From IMG/VR virus record IMGVR_UViG_3300036766_000988, positions 1 through 64,000 of that record: 64,000 bases of DNA. One strand, 5' to 3'. The translations under genes and the position numbers were made by a program. This document shows, piece by piece, positions 30,344 to 38,260 of the stretch. A model generated the notes under the pieces. That model was not told where the DNA came from. It saw nothing but the letters and a program-made list of their open reading frames with translations, and searched no databases. Numbering within the stretch: the stretch's first letter is position 1; the number at the start of each line of letters is the position of its first letter.

Positions 30344-31438
30344 CTACAGCATCGACTCCACGACCCTCATGCACAAAGCGTTGAGGGCGTGGATGTCCGA
30401 AGATCGGGGAAGAGACGAGAGCTTGTCTGCCTTCTCGATCCTGTGGGACTGAGCCTCGAACCACTCAGCGAGCTTCTCGAAATTCCAGGCTCCGGCACGG
30501 ATGCCGAGCAGCTCTTCGGCATCGTCACGTCGCACGTGAACCTGACCCGTCGTGAGGATCTCCTCGCAGCACCTGGAAAGACGAACCAGGTGCATCGCGT
30601 GTTTTGTGTCAAAGCCGAACTTCTCTTCGAGAGCTGCCCGCGCAGGATTGCGCTCCGTTTTCCACGTCTGGAACTGGATCCAGTTTCGGTGGGCAGCCCC
30701 ATATCGACGCTCCTGGTCAAGCAACTCGATGAAATTCGTCGTGAAGCCGATGTGCCGTGCTGCCGAAAGCCACACATGCTCGTCGAAAGAGTCCTCACCC
30801 CAAAGAGTGATCTCGGCAAGAAGCCGAAGAAACTCGTCCTTGATGGCCTGTCTCATACCCGGCTCGACACCTTCGAGTTCGTGCCATGACCATTTGTCGA
30901 GCTGCTTCTGGATGGCTGCCTGGGCTGCCGCAAGCTGATCAGCCGGGATGACAGTGCGCTCGGGAAGACCGAACTCTGCCCGCGTCGGAGGAGCCGCAAC
31001 GGGGTTGAGAAGCCAACGCCTATGCGTGAGGATGCGCTTCATCTGAGCGTGGGCGTACCCCTGGAACGTGTGCTTGACCTTCCGACTCAGAAAAAGGTGT
31101 CGGTTGTCGAGAAGCACTCGGGCAGGAGGCGTCACGAGAAGATGATCGGATTCATCCGTGTAGAGCAGCTCCAACACGTTCGGGTTGCACTCGGCAGCGA
31201 GCTTCAAGAACTTCTTGACCTCAAAGATCACGAGGTCGGGTTCCTTCTGCACGGCTTGCTCGAAAACCTGAGAAAACCCGAGGTAGTACTCTTTCGGAGC
31301 GATGGCGACGCCTCGAAGGTCGAGATCCGAAGTCGGTAGACTCGTCCCATAGGCATGAGATCCATGTCGAGTGACATAGATCGTCCGCTCGGGAAGCCAC
31401 GTGAGATTACCGGTGTAGATCTTCCAGTCGAAAGCCAT
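30344..31438 (-). CDS. Pol-beta-superfamily nucleotidyltransferase (YcgL/Nuc-transf-like)
   Basis: GSHAYGTSLPTSDLDLRG, NPNVLELL, FGFDTKHAMHLVRL. Confidence 0.9.
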   Translation of the reverse strand: MAFDWKIYTGNLTWLPERTIYVTRHGSHAYGTSLPTSDLDLRGVAIAPKEYYLGFSQVFEQAVQKEPDLVIFEVKKFLKLAAECNPNVLELLYTDESDHLLVTPPARVLLDNRHLFLSRKVKHTFQGYAHAQMKRILTHRRWLLNPVAAPPTRAEFGLPERTVIPADQLAAAQAAIQKQLDKWSWHELEGVEPGMRQAIKDEFLRLLAEITLWGEDSFDEHVWLSAARHIGFTTNFIELLDQERRYGAAHRNWIQFQTWKTERNPARAALEEKFGFDTKHAMHLVRLSRCCEEILTTGQVHVRRDDAEELLGIRAGAWNFEKLAEWFEAQSHRIEKADKLSSLPRSSDIHALNALCMRVVESML

Positions 31439-31859
31439 GCGGGATCCCTACACCGAGTTGTTGGAAGCGTGGGCCGACATCCGAGCGAAACCCGACTCGC
31501 TTCCGCCCGAACTCGTGGACGAGATGGTGGAGATCGCGACGAATATCCGGCAGTGGATCTCCCGGGGCGAGAACGATCGGTTCCGCCAGACCCTGGACGA
31601 GCTGCGAGCGCACATCCCCAAAACAGCTCCTCCAAGGCGAACAGCCTACGAGATCGCCGTCACGTTGCTCGACGCTCTTCCGTTCGAGGTTGACGATCCC
31701 GAGACGCCCAGCGAGCCGTTCGCCTTCCGATGTTGGCGAACCGTAGAATGTGGGTACTCGGTCATGGATGCGAAGCTCGCCACAGACCCCAGCTTCCGAG
31801 TGTACCCACGCATCGAGTACCCACCCCCTTCACGTCACTTCTTGGAGACGAAGGCGTAG
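31437..31859 (+). CDS. Hypothetical protein (internal RRTAYE..LL tag-like segment)
   Basis: Divergent ORF with protein-like composition. Confidence 0.5.
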   Translation: MRDPYTELLEAWADIRAKPDSLPPELVDEMVEIATNIRQWISRGENDRFRQTLDELRAHIPKTAPPRRTAYEIAVTLLDALPFEVDDPETPSEPFAFRCWRTVECGYSVMDAKLATDPSFRVYPRIEYPPPSRHFLETKA

Positions 31860-32029
31860 AGCTTCTCTGCCTCCGCAATCACCTGCTCCGTCGTGTACTT
31901 CGACCACTCTTTGGCCGTCGTCTGCTGCGTTTTCTGTTGCTCGAACGTCATGTGAGCGTTCTCGGCGATGATGTCTCTCGCAAGGTGCAGTAGACCAGCG
32001 CGGATCTCGTAGGGCTTCGGGTCAGACAT
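31835..32029 (-). CDS. Small phage hypothetical protein
   Basis: MSDPKPYEIRAGLL...VIAEAEKLYAFVSKK; GGAG SD. Confidence 0.65.
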   Translation of the reverse strand: MSDPKPYEIRAGLLHLARDIIAENAHMTFEQQKTQQTTAKEWSKYTTEQVIAEAEKLYAFVSKK

Positions 32030-32115
32030 GGGTGTTCTCCGTGTGTGTGTTGCGGCCTCTCCATGAAGCCGCACCGCGCCTCTACACCACAACGAAGGCG
32101 GGGAGCGTCGCTCCT

Positions 32116-32388
32116 TCACCACCACTTCGTGGGGGATTGCGGACCTTCACCCTTGGCGCACCACGCATAGGCGTCGTAGCCAACGTAGTGGTCAGAACGG
32201 AGATGCGGGTAGGTGAACTCGACAGGCTCGTCCCAGCCCACGTGGCCGAGCCAGCCCTTGTCCGTGATGAGGAACCGTACATCGTTGAGGTTGGCGTGCA
32301 TCTCGACGAGAGTGGCCTCAATGGGACCGATGATGTGCCCGTCCCCGGCGCCGAACCAGACCTCGATATCCAAGACGTTCTCGCTCAT
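32116..32388 (-). CDS. Hypothetical protein
   Basis: MSENVLDIEVWFG; start directly after the upstream stop. Confidence 0.55.
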   Translation of the reverse strand: MSENVLDIEVWFGAGDGHIIGPIEATLVEMHANLNDVRFLITDKGWLGHVGWDEPVEFTYPHLRSDHYVGYDAYAWCAKGEGPQSPTKWW

Positions 32389-32389
32389 G

Positions 32390-33025
32390 TTACAGGGCCT
32401 CGCGGGCTCCTCGAAACCTAGAGGCTTCCAGAGGCTCGCGTTCGTACGCTCGCCGGAGGCCTTCACGCAGCTCGATCGTGTCCGTCCCGTCGTAGCGGAT
32501 GATGTTCGGATGCGCCTTGGAACCTCCGCTTGCGAAGTCCGCGTTCCACGGATGCGCGAGACAGATGACGAGACCACGCGGCCTCACCTTGAGCCACGTG
32601 AGGAAGTAGGGCGGAAAGTCGTCGAACAAGACCCGACCGTAAACGAGCGACTTCTGGCCGGTCACCGTGACGGTCGCGTCCGGGAGATGCTCGCAACACC
32701 ATTCGAGCTTCTCTCCCCAAGCGGGCCCGTTCTTCTGAGGTCCCTTGGTGAGCACATGAAGCCCGAATCCGAGCTGGCGAAGCTCCTCAACGACCTGGAA
32801 ACCCAACGGAAGGGGCTTGAGGTTGCGCCAAAAGCCGGGCTGGCGCTGAATCATCTTGCGGCGAGCCTCGACATGCGGGGGTTCACTGCCCGTCGAGTAC
32901 CGGTCCCCGTAGAGGGGCTCGTCAGGGCTTTGGAGCGACCGCATCTGGTTCCGCATCTCCGTGTCGTAGTCCGCCACGGTACCGTCGAGGTCGATGAGCG
33001 CTACCCGATCCTGTTCGTCTTCCAT
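32390..33025 (-). CDS. HAD 5'(3')-deoxyribonucleotidase (NT5C-like)
   Basis: DLDGTVADY, PGFWRNL, K..W, LFDDFP, HPWN. Confidence 0.88.
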   Translation of the reverse strand: MEDEQDRVALIDLDGTVADYDTEMRNQMRSLQSPDEPLYGDRYSTGSEPPHVEARRKMIQRQPGFWRNLKPLPLGFQVVEELRQLGFGLHVLTKGPQKNGPAWGEKLEWCCEHLPDATVTVTGQKSLVYGRVLFDDFPPYFLTWLKVRPRGLVICLAHPWNADFASGGSKAHPNIIRYDGTDTIELREGLRRAYEREPLEASRFRGAREAL

Positions 33026-33054
33026 GCTGTAAAGTACACCGAAAGTAATCCTAG

Positions 33055-33097
33055 AAACGCGAAACCCCCGCTGCCACCAAAGGCGCGAGGGTTGCGA
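33055..33097 (-). terminator. Hairpin/terminator after the ncRNA array
   Basis: CGCAACCCTCGC...GCGGGGGTTTCGCG followed by TTTC. Confidence 0.45.
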
Positions 33098-33102
33098 TGA
33101 AG

Positions 33103-33243
33103 TCGGCCGACAAGTTGTCGTCTAGACCTTGCGGGCAGCGTCCGACCTGAGAGTCATGTCTCAGCGTTCGGCGGGACAGGGTCGTTCACCCCTGGCGTCC
33201 CCGCTCCCATTTTGGCGATGTAGTCCAGACAGTATTCGGTCGA
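33103..33243 (-). ncRNA. Y-RNA-like unit 5
   Basis: 5' UCGACCGAAUACUGUCUGGACUACAU ... 3' GACAACUUGUCGGCCGA closing stem; downstream of Ro60. Confidence 0.7.
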
Positions 33244-33268
33244 GCAGGCAGCGTAAGCCGTGGAACGA

Positions 33269-33354
33269 GCACGGGCAAGGGTTGACGGTTAGGGCCATTT
33301 TAGAGGCCCGCCTTGTCTTAGTATGTAGACCCAATCGGCATCTGACCCCCGCAC
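33269..33354 (-). ncRNA. Y-RNA-like unit 4
   Basis: 5' GUGCGGGGGUCAGAUGCCGAUUGGGUCUACAU ... CCGUCAACCCUUGCCCGUGC. Confidence 0.6.
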
Positions 33355-33365
33355 CTAGATGCGGA

Positions 33366-33496
33366 AACCAGCAAAAGTTGACGGAGTCCGTTGGCGCCAC
33401 GTAGGACGCCTTGTGAGATTCAGGTCTTCTTCATGTATGGGAGTTCCCTTGGAAGATCGATTTTTAGATGTAGACCCTGCGGGCATTCCCCCGGTT
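33366..33496 (-). ncRNA. Y-RNA-like unit 3
   Basis: 5' AACCGGGGGAAUGCCCGCAGGGUCUACAU ... CCGUCAACUUUUGCUGGUU. Confidence 0.6.
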
Positions 33497-33520
33497 GCTT
33501 TCGGGAGACAAAAGGTGCCG

Positions 33521-33576
33521 AGTCAAAAAGTGACGTCTACTTCACCAGTGAGATAGTGCCACTCCGTTGTCCGACT
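33521..33576 (-). ncRNA. Y-RNA-like unit 2 (divergent)
   Basis: AGUCGGA...UUUGACU stem; GCACUAUCU in place of GGUCUACAU. Confidence 0.35.
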
Positions 33577-33604
33577 TAGAGTGTTGGATGGCTCGTGGAA
33601 GACA

Positions 33605-33632
33605 AGACTAAAGCAACTCGTAACCGTGTCAA
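33605..33632 (-). promoter_or_regulatory. Sigma70-like promoter inside the ncRNA array
   Basis: TTGACA-N16-TAGTCT. Confidence 0.5.
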
Positions 33633-33644
33633 GGAAAGAAAATC

Positions 33645-33707
33645 GGGGCAACAAGAAATGCTGAGTCGTTGTCGAAGGGTGATGTAGACCCAGACTGCAT
33701 TCGCCCC
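33645..33707 (-). ncRNA. Y-RNA-like unit 1
   Basis: 5' GGGGCGAAUGCAGUCUGGGUCUACAU ... GCAUUUCUUGUUGCCCC; contains the GNCGAANG bacterial Y-RNA motif. Confidence 0.7.
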
Positions 33708-33724
33708 AAACTTGTAGACGCGCA

Positions 33725-33750
33725 GGGGGTCTGCCATCTGACAGACCCCC
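33725..33750 (-). terminator. Strong hairpin after the TROVE gene
   Basis: Plus-strand GGGGGTCTG-ccatctga-CAGACCCCC inverted repeat; no U-tract. Confidence 0.5.
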
Positions 33751-33758
33751 CACACGGT

Positions 33759-35504
33759 TCACGTCATCGACTCGATGACCTCCACCCAGCTTGAAGCCGA
33801 GCCCGAGTGGAAGGACTTCACGACCTCGAACACCTGATCGGAGAAGCCGCCGACATTCAGGATGTCGTTCCTCGAAGGAGCGGGCGACGTGGTGTTCGGC
33901 TGTACGTCGTTGCACACGAGCCGTGCATCCGAACGGCCCTTCTTGATGAGGTCCCACTGACGGAGGGTCTCGGTCCTCGACCCACCCCAGTTACCGTACC
34001 TCGGCGAATCCATCCACGACTCGTTGTCCGAGACGTACATGGCGAGCGCCGGGCGGATACCCATGGTGGTGATGGCCGCGAGTGCCGCCGAGCAGTTGGT
34101 GCCGCCACATGGCAGCGCCGTGAGCTTCTGCGCGTTCGTCATGATCGAATCACGCGGGTTGAGACGAACGTCCGTGAGGGCCTTCGACTCGAACGGGATG
34201 ATGACCGCGTGCGGGTTCACCCGCAGCATCGAAGCCGCGATGACGGCTGCAACGTCGATGCAACGAACCTTCGACGTGTGCTGCTCGACCCGGCCGGTCT
34301 TCGGGTTCATCTGCATGCCCGTGATGGGCGAGTGCATGGAGCCCGAGATGTCCGGCATGATGACCACGACGTCATCGACGGTCGGAACGTTCTTGGTCGC
34401 GATCTCCATCGCGTCCTGGAGAGCATTCGTGATCTCGCGCGGCATCTCCGCGTTCATGTTGAGGTAGGCGACCAAGAGCTGGTACGGGAGAGCCCGTGCC
34501 TTCGAGATCGACTGCGCATCGGCAAGCTTGGCCGCAACCGCCTTCACGACGTCGGCGCTCTTGAACGCCCCCTTCTTGTTGAAGAGGTTGAGCCGCTGAC
34601 GAAGCGACTGCCACGACTGGCGCAGAGCCAGCTCCTGCCACTGCTCGACGCTGAGCGGCAGACCTTCGAGCATCTCGAAAGGCACCTTCGGGGTCTCCCC
34701 CTGCGGCTCCTTCTTGAAGCGCTCGTAATCCGCCACGACCGACGGAATTGCATCGGACACTACGAAATCGTTGCCCTCGAACTTCCCGGCGGTCTTGTCG
34801 AGCAGATAGCCGAAGAGAGCCGCGCGTTCGCGGGTCATCGGGTGCGGGTGAACGAGCGACACGATGTCCCCAAGGGACGGATCGTTGCCGATCGACTGGA
34901 AAAACACCTGCTCGTCGGTCTTGGTGTCGAACCAGCTACGAATGAGCCGACGCGGCGCCGTACCCAGGGACTTACGGCCCGCTTCGCCCGAGCGGACGAT
35001 CTGGACGAAGTTCTTGAGCATCTTGCCGTTGTCGATCACACGCGGGAACACGGCCCACACGATCTCGTTGAGACGCTCGACCTCCTCATGAGCCGCAGCG
35101 ATCTGGGCTTCGAGCGACACCGGGACGTCACGCTTCTCCGTGCGGAGAGCCGCACGCTGCTGAAGCAGAATCTCCTCGACCTTGTGTGCCTCAGCCACAC
35201 GACCCGAGAGAGTCGCGACGAGGAACGCGGGCATGTCCTTGAGGAAGCCCTTCTCACGGCTGTAGAGCGCGAGCTTCCCGATGAACTCGGGGTCGCACTG
35301 AGTCGTCAGCTCCTTCACCTTCGTGAGCTGATCCTCGGCCTTCGCGTAGAAGGTGTTGTTGAAGCAACCCGTCGCAGCGAGCTGCGCGAGGGCTTCCTTC
35401 GCCTTGAGCGAGTACGCCAACCCGCCCGCCTCGTTCTTCGTGTCCGCAGCCGGAGACTTCGCGGAAACGCCCTTCGCCCCCCTGAAAAGGCTCTTCGATG
35501 CCAT
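33759..35504 (-). CDS. rsr: Ro60/Rsr TROVE + vWA RNA-binding protein
   Basis: NEAGGLAY, LAATGCFNNTFY, ALPYQLLVAY, MIDAS DISGSM, GGTNCS, VSDNESW, VGGFSDQVF; GGAGG SD before MASKS. Confidence 0.93.
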   Translation of the reverse strand: MASKSLFRGAKGVSAKSPAADTKNEAGGLAYSLKAKEALAQLAATGCFNNTFYAKAEDQLTKVKELTTQCDPEFIGKLALYSREKGFLKDMPAFLVATLSGRVAEAHKVEEILLQQRAALRTEKRDVPVSLEAQIAAAHEEVERLNEIVWAVFPRVIDNGKMLKNFVQIVRSGEAGRKSLGTAPRRLIRSWFDTKTDEQVFFQSIGNDPSLGDIVSLVHPHPMTRERAALFGYLLDKTAGKFEGNDFVVSDAIPSVVADYERFKKEPQGETPKVPFEMLEGLPLSVEQWQELALRQSWQSLRQRLNLFNKKGAFKSADVVKAVAAKLADAQSISKARALPYQLLVAYLNMNAEMPREITNALQDAMEIATKNVPTVDDVVVIMPDISGSMHSPITGMQMNPKTGRVEQHTSKVRCIDVAAVIAASMLRVNPHAVIIPFESKALTDVRLNPRDSIMTNAQKLTALPCGGTNCSAALAAITTMGIRPALAMYVSDNESWMDSPRYGNWGGSRTETLRQWDLIKKGRSDARLVCNDVQPNTTSPAPSRNDILNVGGFSDQVFEVVKSFHSGSASSWVEVIESMT

Positions 35505-35600
35505 GGTACCCTCCTGCATGCGCCCCGGCCGAAGCCGAACCGCCAAAGTGCCCGCCTTCATGCGACCCGCTATGGGCCGCCAAACTGGCGAGCAGGGGTT

Positions 35601-36080
35601 CTATACACCAGGCTCGTTGAGACCGTCGAGATATTTTTCAACGACCCTCAAGGCCAGGGGGTCGTCCGCGTAGAGATACCGCTTCACCTTCCGGTACTTC
35701 TGGGGCGGACTTGGTACGGGGACCTTCGGCGGTTTCACATGCTTGACGGGCTTGGGCTTCTTGGGCGGCAAGACATGCTTCGGGGGGATCGGGGGATGAA
35801 GAGGAGCGGGCGGCGGTTCGCGAACGATCTCTGGTTTGTGAGGCTTTTTGGGCTTCCGCGGAAGATGAGGCTGCCCCGGATGACGATGCGGAGCTGGCTT
35901 TCCCTCCGTGTTGAGCTTCGAGGGCGGGATTTTCTGGTAAACCCCAGCCTCCTCCTGCAACGTCTCGGGAAGAACGTAGACGATCCGCTCCTTGTCCGTG
36001 TTGTAGACAGGGATCATGTTCTTCGGTCGCGTGTACTTCCCTTCCAGGAAGCGTGCGATGACACGATGAACGAGATCCAT
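35601..36080 (-). CDS. Pro/Lys-rich protein with RVIARFL tags
   Basis: N-terminal LVHRVIARFL, C-terminal LALRVVEKYL. Confidence 0.6.
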   Translation of the reverse strand: MDLVHRVIARFLEGKYTRPKNMIPVYNTDKERIVYVLPETLQEEAGVYQKIPPSKLNTEGKPAPHRHPGQPHLPRKPKKPHKPEIVREPPPAPLHPPIPPKHVLPPKKPKPVKHVKPPKVPVPSPPQKYRKVKRYLYADDPLALRVVEKYLDGLNEPGV

Positions 36081-36103
36081 GCTCTCCAGAGTCTACCAAA
36101 AGA

Positions 36104-36856
36104 TCAGAAGTCCTCATCAGCAAGAAGCCGCGTCCAGGCATCTCGGGGATCCTTGGGCTTCTCACAAGGTCTCCAACGCGTCGAGAAGGTCACAACATTC
36201 TCATGGAGAACTTTCTCGGTTCGCCAAACGGCCACTTGCACTCGAAGCATCGTGAGTTCTGTGATGCACGCAACGACTTGGCCCCCTTCCGCTTCAGGGT
36301 GCTGCACCCACTGACCGATCTGTAGCCAATCCGGGCGCACAAACGGGGGCACCTCGGAACCGTTCGCATCCGTGCCGGAGTCGTAGATCGGCAGCGCCCC
36401 CTCGGGAAGTTGCTCGACGAGGAACGTGCGACGACCGACCGACTGGTAGTCCATCCGCTGCCGTATAGGCGCGACCATCGCCTGAGCAAGCCGCTGACGG
36501 CCTTGCTGCGACTCTAGAGCCTGCCGGATGATCTGCTCTTGTGTGATCTGAGGAAGAACGTCACGATTGAGGTTCCCTAGATCAAGCAACCCATGGGGGT
36601 TCGTGAGCCGCTCAAACCCAAGGATAGGGCGCGTCGTGAGCGGCGTTTCAACACGACCATACTGGTCGTGGATCCTACGTAGAGCAGGTGAATCCGTCTC
36701 TAGGGACTCGTTCCGCCAATGAACAATGAGGCTCGGGACCGGCCTACGTAGGACGTCAATAGACGCAACGTCGCCAGATTCCGCGAACAGCGCCCGATGG
36801 CTGTTCATCAAGATCCGACCGTCGAGGTCGTTCGGATAGAAAAGTGTCCAGGGCAC
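36104..36856 (-). CDS. Hypothetical protein with a capsid-like segment and C-terminal AWTRLLADE tag
   Basis: GRQRLAQAMVAPIRQRMDYQSVGRRTFLVEQLPEGALPIYD segment. Confidence 0.65.
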   Translation of the reverse strand: MPWTLFYPNDLDGRILMNSHRALFAESGDVASIDVLRRPVPSLIVHWRNESLETDSPALRRIHDQYGRVETPLTTRPILGFERLTNPHGLLDLGNLNRDVLPQITQEQIIRQALESQQGRQRLAQAMVAPIRQRMDYQSVGRRTFLVEQLPEGALPIYDSGTDANGSEVPPFVRPDWLQIGQWVQHPEAEGGQVVACITELTMLRVQVAVWRTEKVLHENVVTFSTRWRPCEKPKDPRDAWTRLLADEDF

Positions 36857-36907
36857 GGGAAGGCCCGAGACTACACCATCAAAAAGAAGCTAAGAAATGT
36901 TACGCAG

Positions 36908-36981
36908 TGGAGTGTCGTACGGGGATCGAACCCGTGTACCCGGATTTAGAGTTCGGTGCCTGACCTCTAGGCTAACGACAC
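36908..36981 (-). tRNA. Amber-suppressor tRNA (anticodon CUA)
   Basis: Cloverleaf: acceptor GUGUCGU/ACGACAC, D-arm GCCU-AGAGGUC-AGGC, anticodon arm CCGAA-CUCUAAA-UCCGG (one A-C mismatch), T-arm ACGGG-UUCGAUC-CCCGU, U73-CCA. Confidence 0.9.
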
Positions 36982-36985
36982 GAGA

Positions 36986-37285
36986 TTACCGACCGATTGC
37001 CACAAGAGCTTCATCCACAGCCGTGTCGGCCAGGATAAAGCTCCGCATGGCCCGAACCCACCCAGCATTCCGAGCGAACTGAATGAACGCCGAAATTTCC
37101 TCGGGCCCCACGGTGGAACAACGCCGTTCGGCAAATTCCACCGTGAGGATGTGACCAGGGCTGGTCTCATCCTCGATGAGGACTCGAAGTCGAGGTCCGA
37201 TACTAGGCTTCAAAGCCCGAACCCTGAAGCGGTACGGAACTCCGTTGACCTTGATCTGTCGGGTGCCCCTTCGAGGCATCGTCAT
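36986..37285 (-). CDS. Hypothetical protein
   Basis: MPRRGTRQIKVNGVPYRFRV...GPEEISAFIQFARNAGW; ATGA overlap. Confidence 0.65.
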   Translation of the reverse strand: MTMPRRGTRQIKVNGVPYRFRVRALKPSIGPRLRVLIEDETSPGHILTVEFAERRCSTVGPEEISAFIQFARNAGWVRAMRSFILADTAVDEALVAIGR

Positions 37286-37680
37286 GCAGCTTCAGTACAC
37301 CGAAGAGCGAGCGGAAGACTACTGACAAGACGACGAGCTGCGGGTTCAAGAGCAAACGCCGTCAACTCGTTCCCCCGGTCGGGCTCATGGAACGGCGCCA
37401 CCGAGAAGCCCCGGTCGACTGCCCTGTTGAAGAGGCCCCAAAGAGCCTCCTCGTTGGGCACGGCAAGCATGGCGAGGTAGTTCGAGCGCGTGTACCACGC
37501 CTGATCGATTTCCGGGTGATGAGCCACGAACTCCCGCAAGGCGTGCGCCGTCTGGATGGCTTGCACCCCCGGAGGGAGATCTTCCCGCGTCACGAGGAAA
37601 AGTTTGTCGGTCGGGCCCACAACAAGACTCCGTGAACCCAGATGAGCACCCATGTTCTCCATGTCACGTCGTCCCCCCAT
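37282..37680 (-). CDS. Peptidyl-tRNA hydrolase, Pth2-like
   Basis: KLFLVTREDLPPGVQAIQTAHA...L.VPNEEAL...FHEPDRGNELTAFAL...LPLAL; start uncertain. Confidence 0.8.
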   Translation of the reverse strand: MGGRRDMENMGAHLGSRSLVVGPTDKLFLVTREDLPPGVQAIQTAHALREFVAHHPEIDQAWYTRSNYLAMLAVPNEEALWGLFNRAVDRGFSVAPFHEPDRGNELTAFALEPAARRLVSSLPLALRCTEAA

Positions 37681-38260
37681 CGGAGTCCTCGTCGTACTCG
37701 TTATCGTCTTCCGCCATAACCCTGCGTTCGTCGGCGCACTTGCGGAAGTGCATTGAAACCGCCCCGATGATGGTTTCGGGAAGACCCGCCGTCTTCAGGC
37801 TCTCCTTCCAACCCACCTCGGAACGATCCCCTGCGATCCAGTGCTTTTCCCCGATGATGAACTTGGGCGGATCACTGTAGACGTTCCCGCCAGGCGTCTC
37901 CAAGTAGGGCCACAACTCCAGCGGGCTGTCATTGCAACAACCGCAGTTATGCCGAAGATCGAAGCGGTCGACTTTCGTGTTCACGGACTTCGAATAGTAG
38001 GCCACCTTGTTCCAGCGGCCCGTAAACTGCCGAAGATCCGGGTACTCCTTGAGAAGGGACTCGATCTGGTCCGCTTGGGCAAGCGCCGCTGCGGCTTCCT
38101 TGCGAAGCTTCTCGATTGCGCGTGGAACGGCAAGTCTAGCATCCTCCTCGACCTTCTTTTGCCATTCCTCAGCGGCCTTGCGACGCGACGCTTCCGCAGC
38201 CGCTTGCTGCTCGGGGGTGGGCTCGGATGTCAGGGCCTTCAGAAGCTTCTTGCTGAGCAT
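37664..38260 (-). CDS. Hypothetical protein (HNCGCC motif)
   Basis: MLSKKLLK start coupled to the upstream stop. Confidence 0.65.
   Translation of the reverse strand: MLSKKLLKALTSEPTPEQQAAAEASRRKAAEEWQKKVEEDARLAVPRAIEKLRKEAAAALAQADQIESLLKEYPDLRQFTGRWNKVAYYSKSVNTKVDRFDLRHNCGCCNDSPLELWPYLETPGGNVYSDPPKFIIGEKHWIAGDRSEVGWKESLKTAGLPETIIGAVSMHFRKCADERRVMAEDDNEYDEDSDGGTT

Noticed and set aside
30344-30380. LCMRVVESML as another RVVARFL tag
   Set aside because: Lacks the RFL/KYL part; probably just the normal terminal helix of the nucleotidyltransferase
33103-33707. CRISPR array interpretation of the ATGTAGACCC repeats
   Set aside because: Repeats are short, degenerate and irregularly spaced, units pair end-to-end, and no cas genes are present
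33807-36314. 835-aa plus-strand ORF
   Set aside because: Antisense shadow of the TROVE gene caused by high-GC codon bias; Arg-rich with no motifs
36908-36981. tRNA-Pyl
   Set aside because: Has canonical D-loop GG, a UUCGA T-loop and a 5-bp anticodon stem; no pyl genes seen
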